A stretch of DNA of 64,000 nucleotides, from positions 160,001-224,000 of the forward strand of contig CAVWBU010000041.1 in assembly GCA_963753345.1 (NCBI GenBank), given 5' to 3'. Below are positions 11,155 through 19,242 of this stretch, piece by piece (position 1 is the stretch's first letter; the number at the start of each line of letters is the position of its first letter). The notes under the pieces are model-generated. The model was given only the letters and a program-made list of their open reading frames with translations, did not search any database and was not told where the DNA came from. The position numbers and the translations under genes were made by a program. The DNA comes from an uncultured Fibrobacterota bacterium. GTDB lineage: Bacteria > Fibrobacterota > Chitinivibrionia > Chitinivibrionales > FEN-1185.

Positions 11155-11426
11155 CTTTTCTTCCCCTTGATTAAGAATGTTATTGTTTGACGGTTAAAAA
11201 ACCAAAAGTGTAATCACGTGATACCAGCGCGGGCTTTTACCTCCCACCACCCCCTTCTTCCAACAGTTTCCCCCGGCAGAAGCTGTAATCTGGGCTTGAT
11301 TGTTTGATCAATATATTTTGTTTGGTACAAAGAATGAAATCGGAATTTTTGAGGACCCCTCTTCGTCGCAGCACGTTTTAAGCCCACCTCCGGAGAATCC
11401 ATTCCACTACGTTTTAGCAGGTTTCT

Positions 11427-11456
11427 AATATATGTAGGTTAAGTTGGCTTAAGCAA
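11427..11456 (-). promoter_or_regulatory. Sigma70-like promoter
   Basis: TTGCTT-18bp-TATATT on minus strand, about 270 nt upstream of the lipoprotein start. Confidence 0.45.
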
Positions 11457-11866
11457 GAAGAAAAAACTTCCTTTCCGGAAGGTCGCCCTGGTCGCGATTA
11501 TTGCGGGCTGCGCCGAACCTCAGCCTCCTTGAACGAGTGTCCGGTTGATATTCAATCCGTTCCGTCCCCGCTAAAAACCCGGCAATCGCCGTATACAGCT
11601 TGTATACACTTTTTCCCCAGCGGCAGCGGATCCGATTTCAGAAGATTCCCTTCCCCGTGGCCGGTCTCAAAGGTACCGCCAAAAAAAAAATAGAACCTGT
11701 CGTATATTTCCTTCAAGTATGCGATTTTTTTTGTATATTATAAGTTGGTGTATCGGGGGGCATACTTTTATCCCTAATTATGAAGGAGGGCTATGAAGTA
11801 ATCCACCGCACGCTTTGTGATGTTCCGCAGGAAAATAATCATACTTATTCCAGGAGGTTTGTTTCT

Positions 11867-14206
11867 ATGAGAAGTGCAAAGAAAATTTATGCGGTCGCGG
11901 CGGCTCTCATGGCGTGCGCCACCGTATTCGGTCAGAGCGGCGACTTTCAGACCAAAGGCCAGGTGATGTCGGGCAACCAGCCGGTCGCAATGGCCACCGT
12001 CACCTACCTCAATATGGCACAACGTCTGTCCTGGGATTTCTCGCTGACAGACGGCACGTTCGGCGGCGCCACGGTGTCGGCAAAGAACCCGCTTCCGCAG
12101 GACGCGACGGTTTTCCTTCCCTCAGAAGGGAACATTGCCATCGACGTCTTCGAGATGAGCGGGAAACTCGCGGGTACGGTGAGCGGCAAACTTGACAAAG
12201 GCACCTACACCCTGCGACCCCTTGCGGGAAAGCTTGCCCAGTCGATGTACATGCTCCGGATCAGGGCGGGCAACACCGTAACGTATCAGAAGATGCTCAA
12301 CGCGGGATTCAACAACGCGGGCTACACCATCTCCCTGTCGACAAAAAGAGAGCCGCTGGTGATGGCGAAGAAGCTTGCCGCCATCGACTCGATCCGCGTG
12401 GGAAAAACCGGCTACACGCCGGTGGTGGTCCCCATCTCCGCATACACCGACAATGTGGGTATCGTAACGCTGACCCCCGTGGACATTGAAGGCGAGGTCA
12501 ACACGGAATTCGCGAAGCTAACCCAACTCCAGAAATACGGCCAGCTTTGCATGCCGCCATTTACCAGTGTGGGCACGGCTGCAGCGGCGAGCAACTTCTG
12601 CGGCAGTATCTTTGGCGGCGGCGGCTGTTTTAACGGCGGGAACACGCCCTCTTCATGCGCCGACCTGTTTGACGGTTACCAGACAGCAGCGATGGGGAAT
12701 TCGTTAAAAATCCCGCTCCTGATGTCGTACGACGCGGTTCACGGCGCCAGCGCTGTTCCGCAGGTGACCTTTTTCCCGCACAATCTGGGTATGGGCGCAA
12801 TCCAGGACACGCTGCTGTTGCAGAAGGCCTTCCGCGTGTGTGCGCTTGAAGTCCGCGGTTCCGGAGCAAACTGGGGCTTTGGACCCTGCATTGCGGTGAT
12901 CCGCGACGACAGATGGGGACGCTCGTACGAAGGGTTCTGCGAAACGCCTGAGCGCACCCAGATCATGGCACGTCATGCAGTACTCGGGTGCCAGCTTACC
13001 GACATGTCCAACCCCATGTCCTATCTTGCCACATGCAAACACTTTGCGGGTGACGGCAACACCGTAAACGGTGTGAACCAGGGTGAGACTGTTGGGCCCG
13101 ATGCAACGGCCCGTGCAATCAATCTGCCTGGATATGCTTCCGCGGTTGCCGCAGGTGTCGGATGCATCATGCCCTCATTTTCAAGCTGGTGCGACGGCAC
13201 TCCGATGCATCAGAACAAGACTCTCTTGACCGGTTGGCTCAAGTCGACCACAGCCGGCCCGGGATTCCAAGGGTTTGTCGTCGGCGACTGGGAAGCAGGC
13301 TGGCCTCTTCCCACCTGCATGGATGCAGGTCTCGACGTGCCAATGGCGCCGGGCACTAACATTGGAATAATAGCTACTAACGATCCCACCAATAACAATA
13401 ATTTTACGAAATTGGATGCTTTGGGCGGGACCTATCCGGCGCGGATCGATGACGCGGTAAAGCGTGTGCTTCGCGTAAAATACTGGATGAACCTGTTCGA
13501 CCCGAAGAATTACATGACCGACCGGAGGCTCACGGCACTTGTCGGATGCGCAGCGCACCGGGACGTGGCCCGCGCATGCGTGAGGGCCTCGTGCGTTCTT
13601 CTCAAGAACGCCGGTCCTGTCATTCCGATTCCCAAGACCGCGAATGTCGCGATATTGGGCCAGGCTGGAAACGATGTCGGTATCCAGTGCGGCGGATGGA
13701 CCGTGAGCTGGCAGGGCCAGCAGGGTGCGATACCCGGCGGCGGCGGCACCACAATCTTGCAGGGTGTCCAGTCGCTCTGCACGGGCACGGTGACCAGTTC
13801 TGGGACTTCCGATTATAATATTGTAGTCCTCAGCGAAAATCCCTATGCGGAAACGAGTTTCCCCAACGTCGCCATAACCGGCAATGACGCGACCGGCACG
13901 AACGCATCAGTCATTACGCAGGCCGCCGCGGCGCATGCCGCCGGGAAAAAGGTCATCGGCATTCTCATTGCCGGAAGGGCGCTTGACATATCGGGAATCC
14001 TTCCCAGCTGCGACGCGTTTATCTGGGCCTGCCTGCCCGGCTCCGAAGGCGGACTCGGCATAGCGCAACTGCTGTTTAAGGACCAGGGATACGCATTCTC
14101 CGGCAAGCTGCAGGTTACGTGGCCCAACAACTCGACCAATGAACCCATCAACGCCGGAGACGGACAAACCGGTTTGTTCGCCTACGGCTTCGGACTCACC
14201 GACTAG
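11867..14206 (+). CDS. Secreted GH3 beta-glucosidase / exo-glucanase
   Basis: GGAGG RBS; DAVHG, FPHNLGMG, RWGRSYE, KHFAGDG, FVVGDW, QCGGWT, LFAYGFGL. Confidence 0.95.
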   Translation: MRSAKKIYAVAAALMACATVFGQSGDFQTKGQVMSGNQPVAMATVTYLNMAQRLSWDFSLTDGTFGGATVSAKNPLPQDATVFLPSEGNIAIDVFEMSGKLAGTVSGKLDKGTYTLRPLAGKLAQSMYMLRIRAGNTVTYQKMLNAGFNNAGYTISLSTKREPLVMAKKLAAIDSIRVGKTGYTPVVVPISAYTDNVGIVTLTPVDIEGEVNTEFAKLTQLQKYGQLCMPPFTSVGTAAAASNFCGSIFGGGGCFNGGNTPSSCADLFDGYQTAAMGNSLKIPLLMSYDAVHGASAVPQVTFFPHNLGMGAIQDTLLLQKAFRVCALEVRGSGANWGFGPCIAVIRDDRWGRSYEGFCETPERTQIMARHAVLGCQLTDMSNPMSYLATCKHFAGDGNTVNGVNQGETVGPDATARAINLPGYASAVAAGVGCIMPSFSSWCDGTPMHQNKTLLTGWLKSTTAGPGFQGFVVGDWEAGWPLPTCMDAGLDVPMAPGTNIGIIATNDPTNNNNFTKLDALGGTYPARIDDAVKRVLRVKYWMNLFDPKNYMTDRRLTALVGCAAHRDVARACVRASCVLLKNAGPVIPIPKTANVAILGQAGNDVGIQCGGWTVSWQGQQGAIPGGGGTTILQGVQSLCTGTVTSSGTSDYNIVVLSENPYAETSFPNVAITGNDATGTNASVITQAAAAHAAGKKVIGILIAGRALDISGILPSCDAFIWACLPGSEGGLGIAQLLFKDQGYAFSGKLQVTWPNNSTNEPINAGDGQTGLFAYGFGLTD

Positions 14207-14234
14207 CGTTGTCCGATTTTCCCGCCCTTTCTCG

Positions 14235-14266
14235 CAGCCGCGGAATCCTCTCCGCGGCTGTTTTTT
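14235..14266 (+). terminator. Intrinsic terminator
   Basis: CAGCCGCGGA/TCCGCGGCTG stem followed by T6. Confidence 0.85.
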
Positions 14267-14285
14267 ATTTATAGGTCATGTTTTG

Positions 14286-14443
14286 GTGGGGGAAGTGTCC
14301 CCCTAGGGTGCAGCCTCCTCGGAAAGGTCTTGATTCGTCTGGTTTGTTAACCTTTCCTGCTGAGTCTGCACCCATACCCCCTCGTGGGTAGCCCCCAAGG
14401 AAGTTTAGCGGCGAGAAAAATGCCTCGGTTGGGGGGCACCGAG
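14286..14443. repeat. Structured intergenic repeat, family A copy 3 (inverted, diverged)
   Basis: Reverse complement has GGTGCCCCCC, CTTGGGGGCTACCCACGAGGGGGTA and AGGGGGACACTTCCCCCA blocks in the same order. Confidence 0.75.
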
Positions 14444-14548
14444 AAAAATTGTAGATTGCGGAATGCGGATTTTGGATTGAAAAAAGAAAGCAAGAAGTTC
14501 ATTGCGATCGAATCTCCCGAACTCGCACTTAAAGCATTTTGCTCTTCA

Positions 14549-14598
14549 GCCACATCGTGGCGCAATATTTATAGCCCGGGGCAACGCCCCGGGAATAC
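14549..14598. repeat. REP-like palindromes
   Basis: GCCACATCGTGGC and CCCGGGGCAACGCCCCGGG hairpins. Confidence 0.55.
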
Positions 14599-14618
14599 AA
14601 AAATATCAATGCACAATT

Positions 14619-14668
14619 CCCCTCTCCACCTGTGGAGAGGGGTGGCCGCGACAGCGGACGGGGTGAGG
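14619..14668. repeat. REP-like palindrome (family C variant)
   Basis: CCCCTCTCCAC-CT-GTGGAGAGGGG...GGGGTGAGG. Confidence 0.7.
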
Positions 14669-14688
14669 CGACTGTGCACCGCGGGCTT

Positions 14689-14871
14689 GGCGTAAAAAGA
14701 AGTAATTGACAGAATAGATTCCCTCTGCCGCGCGTTAGGTGGACCGGAGGGTGCGCTGGAGCGCATTGCCGTATGACAGCGGCCCGAAGGGCCATCGCGG
14801 CAGGCGGCAACGAGGCCGAATGGCCGAGCCCGGAGGGAGACCGGCCCGAGCGTGGCGAGGGCAACGCCCAG
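14689..14871 (-). repeat. Structured intergenic repeat, family B copy 2
   Basis: Reverse complement aligns end to end with 3311-3496. Confidence 0.85.
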
Positions 14872-14904
14872 ATTTTTCTTTAGTATTGAATGAAAAGTCT
14901 GTTG

Positions 14905-17900
14905 TTATTGCTGAGCGAGCGCATTTAATCCATTGTTCGCATCGACATTGTTCGGGTCGATCCGCAGCGCTTCCCGATATGCCTCTTCCGACAGCCGGCG
15001 TTCATTTACGCTGCGATAGAGCTCACCCAGGATGCACCAAGCAAAGACATTGCGGGGCTGCAGCTCCACGACCCGGGAAAACTCCATGATCGCAGCGGTG
15101 TCTTGACCTTTTGCGAACAGCGCCATGCCGCGTATGTTATGGCTTCGCGCATGGTTGGGCGCCAGCCGCACCGCCGTATCACACAAGGCAATCGCTTTGC
15201 CGTATGCCTGGGTCTGCATCAGGAATGTGGCGTAATTGTCAAGCGCCGCCAGGCTCCAGGGCGCCCTGGCAACCGCTGTCTGGGCGACCGCGATGGCCTG
15301 GGAAGTTTGACCGCTGCGCTGGAGCGTCCACGAAAGCAGTATCCAGCCGGCGGCCGTGCTCGAGTCCCCGGCGATCATAGCATTGGCAATGACATTGACA
15401 AACGTCGTTGTATCTGCATTGAGCAGGCGCTGAGCCTCCGACAGGTCATTTTCCTCTTCTTCCAACAGCACCTGGTTGCGCGGCACGAACCGGAGCCCTT
15501 TTGAGCAGATCGAAAGCTTCTGCCAGGTGTCTTCCTCGCCGATCGATTGCAGCACGCATGACGTAGCCTCGTCCGCGATGCGCTGGTCGGCAAGCCACCT
15601 GTTTTTCTGCTCAACGGAGAATCCGCTCCAATCGATATGATCATACAGCGAAGCGCTGCGAACCGTGTTTGTAAAAAGCTTGAAGAACGGCCGCAGCGCC
15701 AGCGGCTTCTGATCGATATTGAATTCGATATACGGCTTGTTGTTGGTGTTGCTGTGATAGGTCGTGAGGTACCTGGCAAGATCGGTCCGGTCGGCGATGT
15801 AACAGCTCAGCACATCATGGCTGGTGCGGAAGCGCAGAAAATCGGAGGCGGCCCGAACGGTATCCGCGGCAAGGATCCTGTCGATGTTCGCGGGAGAAAA
15901 GAGGATCTCCTGACGCGAACCGATAAGATAAAAAAAGATATAGGGGCGCGTTACGGGAAACCAGAGCGTTGCGTGGGGGAAGGCGGCCCAAAACGTCCCC
16001 AGGATGCTGTTGAAAGTGCTTTCGGAAATATCCGCCAGGGGCAGCTTGGTCACGAAAAGGCCCCGGGGATTAAGGCGGCTTGAGCAATTTTGGAAATGTT
16101 CTTTTGTAAAGAGCGGCGCGCAGCCGGAATGCGAAGGCAGGTTGGCGTCGTTGATGATCACGTCGTACATCCGGTTTGTCACATGCATATAGTTGAACGC
16201 ATCCATGCTGATAAGCGACAGCGCGGTGTCCTTCCGGTCTCCCAGATTGATATGACGGAAATACCGGGACGCGAGATCGATGAGTTCGGGAGCGATTTCC
16301 ACGCAATCAATTTTTTGCAGGTGATATTGGGAAAGGCACTTCACGGTTTCGCCCGAGCCGAATCCGACCGACAATACCCGGTTCGCACAGGGATGCAGCA
16401 GGACTCCCATATTGCCGAGGATCTGCTGCGCCGAACGGTGGATATCGTCGCCGGCAATGCGTATGCCGTCGGACGTAAGCTCCATCGCGCCGTCCATGGG
16501 CCGCCGTGTGACCGATACGGTTGCGGTAATGCCTTCCCGCACCGCAACAGTTTGCAGACCGGGAATCGCGACAATGCTCTTTACAAATAGATCCGAGGGC
16601 ATCACAATGCCGCAGGCGACAATTGACAGCGAGAGAACGGCAAAAACAATCCGCCCTATGCGGTTGCGGGGCGCGCAGAACACCTGGATACCTGCTGCGC
16701 CGAGAGCAACTCCCAGCAGCCCCAGACCGGTGATCGACCACTGCGCTCCAACCATGGGGATCAGCAGGAACCCGGTGACGATACCGCCGCAAATCGCGCC
16801 GAACGTATTGATGCCGTACACCGAGCCGGTGGTGCGGCCCGCTCCCGGCCCTCGTGTATTCCAGGCCGAAAGCGCCAGAGGAAAGCCGATGCCCATGATG
16901 ATTGCCGGAGGCAGAAACAGGACAAAAGAGAAAAGCAGCGGCCGGGCCAGCACCCAGATGTCGACCAGCGGAAGAAGGACGACGTTTGAAAGATTGAACA
17001 GCGGTCGGAGCCAGCCGACAAGCCAGGGCATAAAAAAGATGCCGCAGATTCCCAGAAACGCCAGGCAGAGCGCGGCACCCAGCGCAGGATTGCGCAGCCG
17101 ACGCGACAGAAAACTGCCGATCCATGCGCCGATGACGTTTCCCAACAGATAAATGGTCAAAACCGCCGAGAAGACATAGGTGAAACCGCCCAGCGGGATA
17201 ACGATGCTTCGCATCCAGACAAGTTCGTAGCCGATGCTGATGCAGCCGCTGGCAAAAAACATCGAGCCGAGCAGCCAACGGCGGCCGTCCGCCGCCGCAG
17301 GGTTGCTCACCGCCTTATGGGCAAGCGCCGGGGCGCCTGCCTGCGGCGAGGCTTCGCTTGCACGCGACAGCAGCCATCCGGTAAGGGCGACCAGCACATT
17401 GACAAATGCGGCGACATACAGCGTGGGTATCACGCCGATTGTCCGCATAAGCACGAACCCGGCCAGAAAACATCCCGCTGCGGCGCCCAGGGTGTTTATC
17501 GCGTAAAGCCGGCCCACGCGGCTGCCGATCTGATCCTCCAGCGTGGTGACGAATCGTCCCAAGAGCGGCAGCGTGCTGCCCATGAGCATGGTCGGCACCA
17601 ACAGAATGGCCGACGACAGGAGCACCTGCACAACAAGCGTGGCCTGCGGCAGCGACTGGAGCCTAACGAAGAGAAATCGGTAGACGCCGTCGGCGGCACC
17701 GAGCGCAACGGGAAGGGCGACGGTGGCCGACGCGACACCGATTTCAAGCAGGGCATAAAGCCATAGCGGCCTCGCGACACGGTCGGCCCTTCGCGACATG
17801 ACAAGCGCCCCCAGCGCCAGCCCCCCCATAAACACCGAAACAACGACGCTCGACGCATAGACCGTATTGCCTAAAGTCAATTTAATGAGCCTGAACCAGA

Positions 17901-18024
17901 CCACTTCATCGATAAGGGAGCACATGCCCGAGCAGAAAAAAATGAGCATGACCCACCGGATACTCGCATCAACAGAGAGCAGGGACGGTTGGTGATCTTT
18001 AAGGGGCAAACCGTTTGCTGTCAT
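14905..18024 (-). CDS. Fused MFS-like membrane domain / spermidine-synthase-like SAM-binding domain with C-terminal TPRs
   Basis: FFCSGMCSLIDEVVW and GRLYAINTLG repeats; VGFGSG, VEIAPE, YDVIIND; TPR tail. Confidence 0.9.
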   Translation of the reverse strand: MTANGLPLKDHQPSLLSVDASIRWVMLIFFCSGMCSLIDEVVWFRLIKLTLGNTVYASSVVVSVFMGGLALGALVMSRRADRVARPLWLYALLEIGVASATVALPVALGAADGVYRFLFVRLQSLPQATLVVQVLLSSAILLVPTMLMGSTLPLLGRFVTTLEDQIGSRVGRLYAINTLGAAAGCFLAGFVLMRTIGVIPTLYVAAFVNVLVALTGWLLSRASEASPQAGAPALAHKAVSNPAAADGRRWLLGSMFFASGCISIGYELVWMRSIVIPLGGFTYVFSAVLTIYLLGNVIGAWIGSFLSRRLRNPALGAALCLAFLGICGIFFMPWLVGWLRPLFNLSNVVLLPLVDIWVLARPLLFSFVLFLPPAIIMGIGFPLALSAWNTRGPGAGRTTGSVYGINTFGAICGGIVTGFLLIPMVGAQWSITGLGLLGVALGAAGIQVFCAPRNRIGRIVFAVLSLSIVACGIVMPSDLFVKSIVAIPGLQTVAVREGITATVSVTRRPMDGAMELTSDGIRIAGDDIHRSAQQILGNMGVLLHPCANRVLSVGFGSGETVKCLSQYHLQKIDCVEIAPELIDLASRYFRHINLGDRKDTALSLISMDAFNYMHVTNRMYDVIINDANLPSHSGCAPLFTKEHFQNCSSRLNPRGLFVTKLPLADISESTFNSILGTFWAAFPHATLWFPVTRPYIFFYLIGSRQEILFSPANIDRILAADTVRAASDFLRFRTSHDVLSCYIADRTDLARYLTTYHSNTNNKPYIEFNIDQKPLALRPFFKLFTNTVRSASLYDHIDWSGFSVEQKNRWLADQRIADEATSCVLQSIGEEDTWQKLSICSKGLRFVPRNQVLLEEEENDLSEAQRLLNADTTTFVNVIANAMIAGDSSTAAGWILLSWTLQRSGQTSQAIAVAQTAVARAPWSLAALDNYATFLMQTQAYGKAIALCDTAVRLAPNHARSHNIRGMALFAKGQDTAAIMEFSRVVELQPRNVFAWCILGELYRSVNERRLSEEAYREALRIDPNNVDANNGLNALAQQ

Positions 18025-18078
18025 GGTCGGGCTTTCAAAATGGGAAGCGTCGCGGGCCGGCTTGGTGAAGATGTCGCA

Positions 18079-19203
18079 TCAATCGGCGGCAATTTTCGCC
18101 GCATCGACTTCAATTTCGAAAAGCAGGTTGTCCCTGCACACTTCACTGTGCGTTGTGATCCACGGCAGTGCGGGCAAGGCGGAAGACGCGAGGTAGTGCG
18201 AGAAATCCTCGGCGAAGCCGGGCTGTTTTACATAGGCAATTGCGCGGATCACATTTGACCACGACATCTGCCGGGAGCCAAGCAGCGCCTCCACCACCTT
18301 CATGGTGTGGCGTATCTGCGCACCGATATCGCCTTCGTAAACCGTTTTTCCCTGTTCATCTATGCTTGCGGTGCCCGAGACGATAAGGCGCCGCTCCCGC
18401 GGTGTTGCAATTTCCACGGCCCGCGAAAATGCGCTGCCATACTTGAGGGCCTGGTTCTGGAGCGGAGATATCACGGCTTCCACGCGGGAGTCCGCATGTT
18501 TGAATACGATTGCTTCCGCGCCTGCCACGAGTGCGGCCTCATGGGGGTTCTTCCCGCCTATGCCCGTGCTTGCCGGAAGGACCTTGTCAAAAACGCCGCG
18601 CTCCCGGTAGAAACGGGTTCTTGCCGCGTTGAACGCATCGTACCACTCAAGCAGGTTGTTGTTGTAGAACCATGTGCGCGCGATATTGGTCATGTCCATT
18701 CCCGCGGCGTTAAGGGCCGCTTCGAGCGCCTCCAGGGTCATCTGGGCCTGCCGGCCGGGCATCATCGTCGGAGCATTGGCGTGAATGCCGCCAAGCAGGC
18801 AGTAGCGGCCGAAGGCATCTTCGTAAAGCCGGCCCACAGGCCATGCCCCGAGCATTATTGTTTCGGGATGGACGCCCGCGCCCGTAACGCAGCGCACTGT
18901 TGCGCCCGCGAACGGGCCGCCGCCGCAGGCGGCGCCTTCGACCCAGGTCACGGGAAGGCCGTGCGGCGGCAATGCGGTTTCGAGAGCACGCGCGAATCCG
19001 CTGTATGCCCCGCAGGAACCGAACACGTCGCATTTGACGAATGAAGCGTTGTTCTCTTTGAGCAGATCAACAAGCCGGCCGGCAAACGAGGTCCCGTCTT
19101 CGCCGGCAGCAGGCAGCAGGGTAGTATAACTATTTTTTACGTCGCCGCTGCCGAAAGCAACCGACCGGCCGCCTTCCTCGCGGGCATGAACGCTATCGAT
19201 CAT
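18079..19203 (-). CDS. Rid/YjgF-superfamily protein, chorismatase (FkbO/Hyg5)-like architecture
   Basis: RTWFY, PASTGIG, FSRA, VSGTASI, VCRDNLLFEIE motifs. Start uncertain (19203 or 19236). Confidence 0.75.
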   Translation of the reverse strand: MIDSVHAREEGGRSVAFGSGDVKNSYTTLLPAAGEDGTSFAGRLVDLLKENNASFVKCDVFGSCGAYSGFARALETALPPHGLPVTWVEGAACGGGPFAGATVRCVTGAGVHPETIMLGAWPVGRLYEDAFGRYCLLGGIHANAPTMMPGRQAQMTLEALEAALNAAGMDMTNIARTWFYNNNLLEWYDAFNAARTRFYRERGVFDKVLPASTGIGGKNPHEAALVAGAEAIVFKHADSRVEAVISPLQNQALKYGSAFSRAVEIATPRERRLIVSGTASIDEQGKTVYEGDIGAQIRHTMKVVEALLGSRQMSWSNVIRAIAYVKQPGFAEDFSHYLASSALPALPWITTHSEVCRDNLLFEIEVDAAKIAAD

Positions 19204-19242
19204 GGCTGGTTTCCCGACACCCAAAATACCCGCCAAGGCGTG

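Noticed and set aside
11160-11860. 700-bp divergent spacer as a possible riboswitch or sRNA
   Set aside because: Only promoter-like boxes and a short GTATAC..GTATAC dyad near 11591; no structure I can recognise.
560-14900. Possible CRISPR array or integron attC sites among the repeats
   Set aside because: No regularly spaced direct repeats with unique spacers, no cas or integrase gene, and no clear RYYYAAC/GTTRRRY boundaries.
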